A stretch of DNA of 64,000 nucleotides, taken from positions 62,001-126,000 of the forward strand of contig JAYWIR010000005.1 in the NCBI GenBank assembly GCA_036172245.1, in the 5' to 3' direction. The notes under the pieces are model-generated. The model was not told the origin of the DNA and searched no databases. It worked only from the letters and a program-made list of their open reading frames with translations. Position 1 is the first letter of the stretch, and the number at the start of each line of letters is the position of its first letter. Shown here in pieces: positions 48,314 to 61,433 of this stretch. The translations under genes were made by a program, and so were the position numbers. This stretch comes from Raillietiella orientalis. Its lineage: Eukaryota.

Positions 48314-49081
48314 GCCCGCGTCGGAGGCTTTGTGGTTAAGGCTTCCGCGCGTGGCACCATGCGTCGCGGGTTCGAATACTTCGGCTGAAACTGACGCCAC
48401 TGCGTCGTTGGGTTCCGAGTTTCTCCTGCAATGGCGCTGGTTGGCCGAGACATTCGGCCGTGGCACCGGCGGTGGATTAAGCCGGACGCCCCCGATGAAG
48501 GCCGGAACAATGGGAGTCGACCTTCGGGTCCTCCCAGGAATCAAGGAGTGGGGAGTTCCCCCTCCTGTCGTGCAACGGAGAGCGGACCCCCCCACTAGGG
48601 GGGGTCCGCTCTCATTCTCCGAGTCGTCGCCTCTTCACAAGGAAGCAAGAGAGAGCGATTCCCTGCGGGAAGCTGCAGCGCCCCTTCTAAGTTTCGGAAG
48701 CGTCCCTTCGGGGTTCTCTTCAAAGGAGTGAACAGGGAGCGGTTCCCTTGCGGGTTCCCTCCGGAGAAATTCCTACAAACGGATCCTTTCCGGGCTTCCT
48801 TCGGAGAAGAAAAAATGGAGAGGACCCCCCCCCCCTAATGGGGGGTGTCCCTCCGGAGAGAATGAGGAAGGAGATGATTCCCTTCGGAAACAACCAAGGT
48901 GGGAGGTGCGATCCCCCCGTCCGGGGAGGATCCCTCCCCAAGCGTGAGAGGAACGGACTCCGAGCCCTTCCTGGATTCATAGGGCGGAACCCCCATCCCG
49001 GGGTGCCCCCTATCCTGAAGAAATTACACTCAAGAAATTACACGCCCCCTGCGGGTTGCCGCGGGTGGAGGGGCGTGGAAA
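48314..49081 (+). mobile_element. Full-length copy of a tRNA-headed long SINE-like family (copy H) with a 14-bp TSD
   Basis: Head GCCCGCGTCGGAGGCTTTGTGGTTAAGG..GTGGCACC..GGGTTCGAAT, body with CCCTTCGGGG motifs, and a 3' hairpin. CAAATCTGTTACCG occurs at 48301-48314 and 49082-49095. Confidence 0.85.
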
Positions 49082-50853
49082 CAAATCTGTTACCGAGACC
49101 ACCGTCCATGCTGTCATTACGTCACGCTGATTGTTGTTTGCGTCATGTCTTGATCACTGTTTTCCCATCTGTCGTTTACCAACAGTGGCTGCTTGTCCCT
49201 CGCCTTGGAGATCAGCAGATGCTTCTTGTTCTGGTATCCACGCACTTCAGCACCCCTGCAGTTCCATGGTGGCAATTCTCTGCAAGGACACTTTCCGTGA
49301 ATTCAAACTTCTATTGGCCACTCCGGGACCTGGCACGCCCTCAGCGTTTAAGGGACGCAGTCTTCACTGGAAAGTTTCTGGGTCTCGTAATGTTTTTCTC
49401 CTTCGGTAGCGTTCGTTGCAGCTCCAAGAAATAATCAATTCATGTTTTCCGTCGGTTCGGAATGGAGTTCCCGACATCTGGAAGATGCCACAAGCAGCCC
49501 CCACCTTTCGGCTTCCTCTTTCGGTGTGTATACGCGTGCGTTTTCAGGAATGTTGACCTTCGAAAGACTGGAGCACTGGAGATGAACGCCCGAATTCGCA
49601 CAGCGGAGAGAAAATCGAGTGTTTCTTGTCAACGCTCAACGAGCATCGCGACGGTCGACTGGCGCCGACTCCGCGGCTGTTCTTGAAATGTACGTGAAAT
49701 TGCCGTGAAGCGAAAAATGCTCCAGATGCACCATCCTCGAGAATCCGATCGCGAAAGATAAAGTGGACAACTCCAAAAAAGACGTCTGCTAAGTGCGCTC
49801 TTCGAAGAAGCAGGTCGCTGGAGCCTTGCGTGGTTTGCTAGAAAAAACAAATACCCTGCGACGTGTTGCTGAGGAAGAGTTCTCGGAGGCCACCAACGCA
49901 TGCTCGCTTGGTAGGACTCCACTTTTCCGAGAAACCTTCTGCCAGAGTGGAGAGTGCGAAGAATCTCTCGGAAATGTTCTTCAGAACGATGCTGCCTGTG
50001 CTACAGACGTCTATGCAACTGTCTCATTGTGAAGTGGAATCTGCGCACGGAGAATCTCCGCCTCGTTAGGAGGGGGCATTAGTTGGAAAGATGGCCCTAA
50101 CGAACGTCCAGAGAATTCTTAAACCCCTTGGCCTCAAACAGCGAGTCTGGCTCGCGATGGTTTTCTTATGCTGAACTATACGATGGCGAGAAGACTCGTC
50201 TCGAAGTGTGAAGAAATACTTAACAAGATTTTAAACTCTGCATCCACCCCCAATGTAAAAGTAGTTGGGTGCAGGCTCAGTTGCAGTTGCTAGTAGCAGT
50301 ATTTCACTGTTTTATATTGTAAAAATATAGCTTTGCGACGGCATGCTGAGGAATGTGTACGTGTGCTCAGTGAGGCACATTTAAACTGATGACGGACACA
50401 GGTCGACAAAGTTGGGGTGAAGGAAAATGTCGTAAAACTAGCATTTGCGACCGAGCACAATCAAAGCATGGCGGCGTTGATAAATAAAATCAGTTTCCCT
50501 GACACATAAAAATACGTAAAGGAATATGGAAGAATCTTTTTTTTAATACATATATGTGTTTGATATCGCTTATCTACAATACCTATCTCCTATTCAAAAA
50601 GCCATGGAAGAAGTATTGCCAGCTTTCGGTTGTTGTTGCGGAGGAATTACCAATGCAAATGTCAGTGCCTGATTCCCAATTCGTGGACAATCTTCTCATT
50701 GTGACACACCAACTCGATTGCAAGCAAAAAATTGGGAACAATCCTCAGAACACATTCCTCCAACCCACAGCAAACAGCATCCTACTAAAAGGGAAAATAC
50801 GTGTTTCACACAAGATTACAGGTGACTCTTGCTCAACAATGATACCAGGTTTA

Positions 50854-51559
50854 GATCAAAATCCCGAAAGCCGAAATTCCGAAAAATCATAAAAAGTAAA
50901 TATATATATTTATTATATATATTGGAGATGATAAAAATATGTACTTATTATGGATATTAATATACATATTTATATATGAAATATGAATTTATTTTAACGT
51001 GCATATTTTCTAATATTTATTAAGATGCATATAATTAATATCCATTGATGAATTATTGATATATATATATATTAAAGATCATAAAAATTAAGTGTATATG
51101 TCTATTATATGTATTAATATATATAATAAATATATGTCACATAAATACATAAAAATCGAAAAAAATAATGGTGGCAGTTAAAAGTAGTGGGGAAAAAAAA
51201 AAGCAAACAATTAAAAAAACACAAAAGGAAATTTTGCATTTCATACTCTCATCATTTTCAACACTCAATAAATCAAAGTTTCTGAGTAAATGAAGAGTTC
51301 TGTTTTCTGCATTCTGATCGTTTGATAAATCTATATGTTTATAATTCGATATTTATATATGCATCTAATATATATTCATTACGTATTTAAATATATATAT
51401 TAAGATGTATATGTTGAATATTCCTTATAATATACATTAATGCACATTATTAATTATATTAATAAACACACATGTTGAAATACACTTGTAAATTAATCTA
51501 GCTATAAATATACATAATGAGCACATATTTATTTTTTATGCTCTTTCGGGATTTCGATC
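50854..51559. mobile_element. AT-rich MITE/foldback-like element with terminal inverted repeats
   Basis: GATCAAAATCCCGAAAG..CATAAAAAGTAAAT at left and ATTTTATTTTTTATG..CTTTCGGGATTTCGATC at right, with a very AT-rich interior. The same right end recurs at 55003-55018. Confidence 0.62.
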
Positions 51560-54500
51560 GCAGCTGTCAGATACCATTGCGTTTTCCAGAATGTTTTGAG
51601 GAACGCCGTTGTAAACTATTAGTTCGGAATTCTTCATGCAACCCTTCATGCTTATTTGCGTTCTTTATTCTTATTCGTGTAATGCTCTGCAATGGATTAG
51701 CATATGCGCAGTAACAAACTTTTCATTTTTTTTTTTTTTTTTCAACGCATAAGTTATAAGCTGAAATACCTTGTCTTCTTTGTGACTGCCACATCCACTG
51801 AGATGCGAAACGAAATTGAATGGGAAGTTGCCTTTGATTAAATCGTAGGTGACGGGGTGACTGTTCAGTCCAGATAGAAATTACAAACCGTACGTGTAAC
51901 AGACCAGTAAATAAGTAGAGATTGCGATAGGCACTCTGAAGGGATGCGGAAAAGCAGCCATAGTTCCAAAGGATAATGAAACCAGGAGTGAAACCAAAAA
52001 TCTCAAAATCTTGATCCCAATCTCAAATCCTTGTGGCTTGATGGAATTCAGTGCTAACATATCGCAAGTTCGGCCCGTTTGGAGATCTGGCTGGAACCGA
52101 AGCAGCAAGCCTTTATCAGCCATTGATTGCCTGCATTTCCGTATCCTTCTTTCATCTTTTGCAAAGCAAAGTGCAAATCACAGGAGGAAAGGAACCCTTC
52201 ACGAAACCAGTTGGGAAGAATTCCGAATGAGAGGAAACGGAAATCAAATGTTTGCCTTTCTCATTGCATTTGTCCCTCGTGAAAGTCGAACTTTTTTGGA
52301 GGCAATTTCCTGACGATTCGTCTTTTGCAGTGAATCGTCCATTCGACTTTTTGAAGAGAAGAGAGAAAAAGTCTGTCTCTGCGTTGGAATTTTTATGTGT
52401 CTGTTCCTGCGGATTAAGAAACTTTTTTGAGGTTAGGGACCGCGACCTCTTTGGTGTTTCGCTCATCACTGGAAGCAAGGGTAGAGCAGAGATGAAATGG
52501 AAAGGCAAAGACGTCGTGAGATGGGTACTTTCGGATGTGAGAAAACGTCAGCTGCGTTTCGTGCATTCTGACCCCCACACCTAACGATGGACAACGTGAG
52601 GTTGCAAGAGCCTCATTTTACGAGTGTCATTCCGATCGGTCTCCGGTTACCAGTTCGCCGACTGCTGGCCATCTCTTGATATAATCATGAGTGTCTCGTT
52701 ATCTTGTATAAATATTGAAGGAGTGATGCCTTTCTCTTTGATTAAGAGACCTCAAGTCTAGCAGCTTTGGCTTTCAGCAAAAGCACCCTGCACTGTAAAG
52801 CTCAAGAAATTCGAGATCGTTCTGTTAAAAACTGGTTGTTTTGCACTTCTTTTGGACTTTAGATTTCCGGTGAAAATCGCTCCTGTGGATTTCAACCCTT
52901 CTACTCCCAAGAAGGCAAGTCGCCTTCTCGAAATAAGCATTCTTGGAATTTCATTTGACAAGCCGTGAGACCCGAGGTCCGGAAAAACAATCACAGATAG
53001 AAAGTGAAACCACGAATCGAACCAAGGATCCCCTGCCTTATAACGATCTTGCTGTGGAAAGCAAGAACAGATGGACTCTTTTAGCAGGATGTTCATCTGA
53101 AATGCCTTTTAGATAAAAATCCTGATGACTCCTGGTTGTAAAAACGTTAAAGAGGCATAAAGGATTCAAATGGCTGCTTTCGTAATATTAACAACGACAA
53201 AAACGAATGCAATTCCTCTTTGAACCTCTCGGAATCCTCAAGAAATTCCAACGTCCTTTCCTAAGGAAGGGATAGGTATGCAGCTACTCTTTTCTCTTTC
53301 TTTTTTTAGTGTGTAACTTGTCTCCTTCAACCCGCTTCACTTTACGTATACTGAGCACATACATAAGATCTAGCAGAAACGCAGAACTACATTTTCTGAC
53401 GCTTGATATCGAGAACGAAACTGCCACGCCTCCAAAGGAGCTTTCGGAAGAAGGTTGCAGACACATTCCTATGACCTCATTCATCCAAAGGCTGAAGACA
53501 CAGAGATGAGACAGATTGCCCTGCCGAACATGGATGCACCAGACTTGTTCGTTTGCTTCAAAGGCACGAGGTAGCACATGTGTCCACATTGCATAGTCAT
53601 TCAGCTACGTGCACAACTAGTGTGTGTGTGTTTACCCCGTCCACACACGCAAGAATTACCTGGCATGCCCAAAGTATACACGCAGAGTATGCTAGAGGCA
53701 TTGGCATCACGCAAGACTGTTTTGGTAACCGTTCGGATGCAATGGCAAATGAACGCACACGAGATCTTAATCACCTGCATTTGCAGCAACACCTTTTGTG
53801 GACTCTCCTCCTTCATTTGCGGACATTTCTCTGCTTAATAAGGAGTTCATGAAACCTTTTGGTTCAGCTGGCCTGTGCTCGATTCCGAAAGGTAGCGGCC
53901 ACCCCCACACTCTGGCAGTGCGTCCGAAGCTCTTGAATTTACGGGCTAGACCTAGGAAAACTTCACCCTCCCCAAACTTTCGTTTCTCCAGCTTGAATCC
54001 CTTTCCTTTCTCTCCAAGGGAATTCTCTCCTAGGTGCCTTGAACACCTTTTGGAAACCTTCTGCACCTCTGCGCAATCGTACTGCTGTCAACTGTGAAGC
54101 GTTTCCCTCGTGCTTGTCGCATTCTTTTGCAGCAGGCGCAGCTGTTTTCCGCTTGAAAACGAATTCTTGAAATTCTGTCAAAATCACGCTGAAGGGTCGC
54201 GACTCCATGTTTTCTCGCAGGCTGGCCACATTCTCCTGGCCAGCTCGTCACGAAAACTCCTTGAAGACGAGGTGAAAGCGAGGCACAGCGGCGCTGCTGC
54301 TGCACGCGACCCAGGTCGACTTCGGGTAATGCGGTTTTGCCTCGTTCCCCGAGGATCCACTGCATGCCGCTGCATGCGTGGTACTGGGACGCGTTGTTTT
54401 CTGACGTCATCTGTGCTTACCACTTAGATTAATTCGGAGAAGCAGGATGGCATCTCTTGAAATGAGCGACGAGATAAAGCTACTTGGGTATTTATTTCAT

Positions 54501-54701
54501 GGGATCAATAAAGCAAGATTATCGCTTTTGTTTCTTCAGAAAAAAAAGGAAACAATCCCGTACTGCGCACTTTATTGATTCATGATCTAAACTTTCATCT
54601 TAACCAAAAGGTCGAGAAGCGATTGATTCATGATATGTAACCACAGTGAACGTTCTCTCACAAACACATCTTCTGAAATCAGTCTGTTCTTAGGTTCTTA
54701 C

Positions 54702-54752
54702 ATATCTATCTATCTATATCTATATCTATATCTATCTATCTATCTATCTATC

Positions 54753-54787
<35 letters not shown>

Positions 54788-54800
54788 GGAGAGGGAGAGA
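54702..54800. repeat. Compound microsatellite (TATC/TATATC)n(TA)n(GA)n
   Basis: Directly visible in the sequence. Confidence 0.95.
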
Positions 54801-56691
54801 CAATATGCATATATATGTCTTTCATATCTATATCTATATCTACAATATAATCCGCAACTTATTAATTATATTGGTAAAATGCATGTTAATACATTTTAAT
54901 AAATATACATGTTCCAATAATATTACTCTTAATGATATATAGATTAATTAATTACTATGCATATAAAAATAAAATAAGCGTATGTGTTTATTGTTTCTGA
55001 TGTTTCGGGATTTCGATCGTTCGGGACCAGACCTCAAATGTCTCGACTCCTGTTCTTTCACTCTATGATTACCACAGCTTGATCAGAGAACTGAGGAATG
55101 CGTTCCCTAGCGAGGAGTCCCAAGGGAGATGCCGTGCTCTAAGCTCTTCCGCAGTGCTTCCCTGCTTATCTTTCCTTGATTCAGCCGCAGCTTCGTTATC
55201 CGGAGAGACCGCCCGTGTTCACCCGAATCGATCATGGCTGCGTGAGTCACGGCCGGGCACGTGCAAGGCAACATGGAACCTCGCACCGCCCACCGTTACC
55301 GTTTCTTGAACAGCACAGCCAGAACGCAGACACTTTCGCGGGGCCTTTGAGCTCCGACGGATGCATGTGTCCATGTCGTCGTCGTCAACCTTGCAATTGA
55401 GAGTCTTCTTGCTCAAACTCTGATGGACCCCATTCGTTCTGGTGGGTTTATTTTTTTTTCTTGCAGCACACCCTGATCTGCGATAGCGACGACAAGTGAA
55501 AGTTGGCTGACTCGGTTCGACCACGGCCAGCAGTGCTCGCGAGCGCCCCTGCGACGTCCATCAAGGAGAGAGATCACAGACATCGACGAGACTGGATCTC
55601 TTCAGCCCACCCTTTCGTACGCGGCAGGGTGCGCACGGCTTCCAGGAGACGCACATCGCAGGAATTTCGCTTTGCCTCTGAACCCCCATGGTCAGCTGAA
55701 GGCTCCTTTTTCGCCTGCATCTTTGAGAAAGGTCTCCAGCTGAAGAAAATCTGCTACTAAGCATTCCAAGGAAACGAATTTGTAACTTCCGGGTTCTGTA
55801 ACCTTTGCGCTTAGAATAGGATGCCATCTAATCTCGAATACTGACACTCTGAGTAACAATTATCAAGTAGCAAGCAATTAGTAATTATTAGGCGTTTCTC
55901 CTCACAAATCTACATCTTCCTAACGTGACAAGTCCATTGTGGATGGATGCCCTGCGTGCTTCTCCAAAGTTCTACATGGAATAGTGAGGTGTTGTTCCCT
56001 TCTCGCTTTTGGAGTAGGAAATGCTATGATTTTTTCTTATCGGGCATCTTCCGCCAGTAACCGTGACGAGGCGTTGGGCTCTGTTGCGCTTGAATCTGGT
56101 GGATCCGTTAACCTCACGTATTGGCGGGGAGGGCTAACCAGGATGAGAAGAGGGTCATTTTTCTTGTTTCGAATTTGAAAGCCAGAGCCCCCCACAGGAG
56201 CAGGCTTCCCCTATCCTCAAGACAACCGACTCACTGAGCGCGACAGCTTTTTCTACCAGCGCTGTTCGTCAAAAGTCGAATCCTTCGAGCAGCCGAGGTT
56301 GTCGGGAGCTACGTCAGTTTGCTGGGCGCTGTTCGCTGAACGATACCTGTCGCACGCGGCAAGCCTTCCCTCGTTCGCGGAGAATGCCGGTGGAAACGAA
56401 TCCCGGTTGCCGCTTTATTTCACAGGCAAAGACCTCACGAAACGTATCACCCGTACGCTTCCGTCCTGAAAACGGTGCTGTTCCCCTTAGCGGCAGTTTC
56501 AAGATTTCTGCCTGTTCCCTACTCCTGTGTGCCTCCTGTATCTGAAAAACCTACCCGGACATCCCACGACGGCATTTTTTGCTCCCCGTAGCTCCTGTGC
56601 CTGTCGATCGCGGCCTTTGGAATCTCACGCGCGTGCTGTCTTTCAGTCTTTGTGAAGGTGTCTCCTGCACGCTGCGCTGCTGTTCACTCAC

Positions 56692-59600
56692 CTGCGTCTC
56701 GAGAAGCTTCCTTCTTCAGCAGTGCGTTGCTTCTGGAATATCTCAGCACGCTGGTTAATACTTTGAACTTCTGCTCTACGTCTGAGTGACGAGCGCTGTG
56801 CGAGTAAGCGGTCAGCTCAATTCAGCGTGATGACTCACGCGATGTCTCTTGGATTCACACGAAGATACTTTGCAGAATCCGCCGGATGACGCTGGATGGG
56901 TTGCTCGAGGTGATTCGAACGCCAGAATTGTGAGAACGCTCCCTGTTTTGTTCCCCGTTTATTTCTTGCGTCGAATAGGGATCGGACTCTGGGAGGATGA
57001 TCCATCTCCCCAGATACCTGCCTCCTTCTTCGACAATCCTACAAAGGTAGATAGATGTATCTCTTGGTCCATTCTCGGTTTCTCGACCATCGATCTCTGC
57101 TGGAGACCTGCGATCAAGTAACGTCTTTTCTTTCTTGTCGCTAAGAACGGAATTTGCCACGATCAGGAGGAAGTTCTGCTGCAAGGTGGGTTCTTAGCTT
57201 GGAGGTTGCAAACCGTGAAAAAGTGAAACGAAGGCCTCCAACGTGGTAGTGTAGCCCCAGACCGTGCCGGTTGCGGGGAACGGAAAACCTTCCCGCACCT
57301 GTTGTTGGATTGTGTTGTTGTCTTCCTGAATGTCCGGGAACGCTTCGCTGCCGCCCTTCCACTCCCGATGAATGACGGCAGAGAGGTTTTGCGGCGCCTC
57401 TTTGTGCGCGACTCGATGTCGCCTGCAGCTTCCTCTCTTGCAGCCGTGTGCCGCCTTCGCAGGATCGCGGCAGCGAGAAGCTGCGCGCCGAAAGAGGCCA
57501 GTCGAACGGTAAGGTCATCCCAATCGTCTGTCTCCGTGAGGAAGGCGATAAGATGGCCACGTCTCCTACAACAAAAGGAGGAAGAAAAAAAAAAAAAAAA
57601 GGAGGAAGTTGCCAACATCGTCCGGAGGATGCCAAGGACGCCAGGACGGAATCTATGATCCCTTCCCATCCCCCTATCCTCCCTAACGTGTTTTTTAAAA
57701 AAAACTTTTTTGTTTTTGTTTACTCCTTCCCCCAATTCTCCTGTATGGATCTCATCGGTGGAGCTGCTTACGAGAAGCAGCTCCTCCGAGGCATTTCCCT
57801 TCTTAGTGGTCATGTGAAGCCACTGCCAAGAAAGACATTTTTTTAGTATTTTACATAGACCGTTTTTTTTTTTGTAAATATTTTTTTTTTTTTTTTACAA
57901 TAAACGTCCCGGCATGACCGGGTGAAGATAAAGAAAATGATGGTAATTAAGAGGAACTGGGTGGGAAATGGAAAATATGGGCTGGTTTTGGGGTCGAATC
58001 CACATTCAAAAGGGGGCGAGGTACTGTAGCTGAATGAATGGTCGTGTAGCTTGAATGACCACGGTAAATGGAGAAACAGTCAATAAAAGCGACGGTAGAA
58101 GAAATTTTATTTTTTCAGGGAAGAAATAAAACGGTAAAACCACTATTTAACGATTAGAAGAAGTCCTCGAGGCTATCTCTTCAAGTAAGTGAATCGTGAA
58201 TTGATTGCTATAAGTGTTATTTAATATAGAATTAACATTTTGGGCTTATGAGAATATCATTAAATGATCATCTCTTGATTTGGAATCGGTTGCCTCTGCT
58301 GGTCTTCGATGATTTACAAAATCGATGTTTCCAGTACACCCATTAAGGCTGGAATGTGAAGCCACAGGGCTGAAGGAAGGGAAAAATAGGAAGTATAGGA
58401 GGGATACGATTGTCTAAGGAGTATTTTGGGCTCCCAGTCATGTACGGGCTGAAAAGGACGTGATTCACGATGAGGGAAGGACTTCTTTTTTTTTTAAGGG
58501 GTAATTGGTACGAAGACAGGACAGCACACTGAGCCTTAAAGTCACATACGCTGTTCGATGATAGCTCAGCCGGAGTCGCCCTCCTTTCACTTGTTGATTC
58601 TTGGCATCCATTCGATGCCATCCTTGCATTCCACTCTATTCTTATAATCTGCTGCATCAAAGAATTTTCTAAAGGCATGATCGCGGAAATACCTCCCCTT
58701 CCTTCACGAATCGTCTCCCCAATCTGCTCCCATTCCTTGAAGCTCGGAGAGAAAAAACTTTCGAAGACGTCGGAGTTGGAGCCTTCGAACCCTACAAAGC
58801 GTAGTTCGGACTGCATCGAGGTCAGCTGCAGAAAATCAACAGCGCCTCCAGCAGGTTTCGGTCGGAAACTAAGTCGGACTGCATGCGGTCTTGTGCAGAT
58901 TTACATTGGGACTCTCATTCCAGGATGTCACGGTACGTCTCGGAGTGTCCCTTCCTATCCGTCCTACTCGTTCAAATGGTCCACAGTTCTACCTCCCTCA
59001 TTTATCCTTTTTAGCCACGCGATCCATTCTGAGAGGATCCAAAACAATGTACCTTTTTGGTGCTCAAGAAGTACCGAAGAACCATTCGCTTCCTCAGGAT
59101 GAGGCTCGACTATGCCGCCAGATGGGAGCTCACAAGGCAACTGCTACGCCACCCGAGAGTGCATGTGCCTCGGTCAGGGAGCTCCCCAATTATTTTTCAC
59201 AGCTCAGACTAGCAAGAAAAGTGATTTTTAAAAGCGAACAACGAATTTACTAGAAGCATGAGTAAAATGCATATTGAAAAAGGGATTGACTCCGTCGAAA
59301 TCCAAACTTTGAAAAACTGTCTTTTGGAGAGTGGAAATGCAATTATTCTTGGATGCATAAGCAATGACTGTTGACGATGGTCTTCTGGGAAGCCGTCGAT
59401 GGCAATACTTAGGCAGTATTAGGACGGACGACTTAATCATGATCCACATGCTCACAAAAATGGGTAGGACTTTCTTTGAAGAAACGAAATCTGCGATCTT
59501 TAAAAAGAAAGTGGAGCTTTTCGCTGCTTCCCCTCACGAAATAGTACGCTTCCAAGTGGCAAGAACTGAGCTCGGAGCGAGTATACTCTTGTTGTCCGAG

Positions 59601-60825
59601 GAGAAAGTTAATTTCAAACTTAATGGAAGAGTTCTATTTCCATAAGAACATGGAGAATTCTTAGCATAAGAACCAGCAAAAATTCCAGGAACTGCCAGAT
59701 TGCAATTAAGAAGGCACGCTTAAAATTTAATAACGGCTTTAAATCCATCCCTCAATGGCTATAAGACTATCATCGCTGGAAAAAAAAAAAAAATAAGGGA
59801 ATACTTCCGATCATTACATTGATGGGTATGTAAATTCTTTTAATTTCACCTGTAATCGCGTGTAATTTTTGAATGATTAAATGATCATTCAAAAATTGCG
59901 CAGAATCAGCATCGTTTCTTCAGTCTAAGCCAAGTCGTTGCCTCATCATGATTCTTGTGCTGGAATTTTGTATTACAAGTTACAATTTGATGGTGGAAAC
60001 ATTCACTTCGTTCACTCTTTCCTTCTTCTGCTTGTGCAGTCCTGCAAATCTTTATTTGGCAATTTTTTTTCCGGTTCCTGGTTTGACGAAGAACGCAGCA
60101 AACTTTTGTGGAACTCTCGTTTTTAGTCCGTAAGAATGCTATGTACCATCACATTCTCACAAGGTAAACACCGACAGATAACTATACACACGCACTTATT
60201 TATAAGAACATTTTAATCATAAGTACACTTTCGAAATTACCCACCAATTGCCAAATAAGTATGGCGTGAATTGTGAAACTGAGCTGGAAGAAAGTCTTCG
60301 GAATAATCAAGGTGCACAACCTGGTGGAATCTCAACTTCAACATCGGCCTGGGAGGGCAAGGGAGTGTCCGTGGACGACAACTGAATTTGACAAGAGTGG
60401 AAGAAGAAACCACAGTGCTGTTTGCAGCAGCCGATTTCTTAGGGGGAAAGGCGAAATCAATACGCACCAAGCAGGATGGATTTGGAGGTTCGTGAGCTAT
60501 CCAGATAAGGATCAGGAAATCTCCCTCAATTTCTGGGGGGAGGGGGGAAGTCAAGGACCACAAGAGCATCAGAAAGGAACTGAAAATACGCAGCAAATCG
60601 TTCTGCATGCAGGGTTCCCCCCCCCCTTGCGTGCCCCCCTCGAATCACTCAATGTGCGTTTCCGGAACTGGTCGAAACCGTAGCACCTGTGATTTCAAAT
60701 CCCTGAATTCGAACGCGGACCACCATCATCATCATTATCTGTCGCCCTGGTCCCGGGATCACCTCCGATGAAAAGCAGGGCTCCCTTTACGGAACGCAAT
60801 GATCTTGATGTTTAACAAGCGCCAT
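56692..60825 (-). CDS. Putative first two coding exons (60825-60791; 56781-56692) of an unidentified gene divergent from GIGYF
   Basis: AACATGG start and GTAAAG donor give MALVKHQDHCVP, which joins in phase to a 90-nt CAG..GTGAGT exon (RRAEVQSINQRAEIFQKQRTAEEGSFSRR). No homology was recognised. Confidence 0.3.
56860..57930 (+). mobile_element. LINE 3'-end fragment, family B copy 3 (more diverged)
   Basis: TLDGLLE..APDRAGCGERKTFPHLLLDC..LFVRDSM..RWPRL..EVANIVRRM*, followed by TGATCCCTTCCC, a T-rich tract and AATAAACGTCCCGGCATGACCGG as in the other copies. Confidence 0.72.
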
Positions 60826-61433
60826 GTTGATGATTGTTAACGGGACGATCCCGTGTTTTGCAGGATTTTGCGTTTGCTGCGAGCTTCGGCTTTTTTTTTT
60901 TTTTTTTTTCTTGCACGTCGGTTGCCAATCGGCCAAACCGTTCGAATTGAGTTGCCTCAATTGGTGAGCAGCACTTGAAAAAGCAGCGACGACACAAAAG
61001 CAGCAGCAGAAGCAACAACCCAAAAACAACAACAGCAACAACAACAAAACACACATTTGACGTTTCCCCGTCACTGTAAGCAGGAACGAGGAGTTTGTGG
61101 AGCTTTAGCAAACGTAACGTTGTCATTCATGTTGTCACATGAAGCAGTTGTGCCTGCTGTGTGTATTCGCCTTCGTGCCCCCGTGCTGGAAACGGTTGTT
61201 GTTGTTCCTCGGAAAGTTTTGCTGCAAAAGTGCAGTGGAAAAAGTTTTCGTTCGTGACGTTGCTTGGCCTTTTTCCCCCCTTTTTTTTCTTTGGAGGGGG
61301 GGGGGGAGATTTGAGATACGAGGTGTTTTGACGTGAAAAATTCAAATTGAATTTTTTTTGTTTCAGCGAATATTGTATTTGGAAAAGCTAGCAATTGCGA
61401 AGTATAAGTAGTGAATTGAGTTTACTCAGCATT

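Noticed and set aside
48314..48390. Functional tRNA-His gene
   Set aside because: The anticodon and acceptor stems do not pair properly, and the sequence is the head of a dispersed repeat.
58343..60683. ORFs of 120-157 aa on both strands
   Set aside because: No recognisable domain or convincing splice structure.
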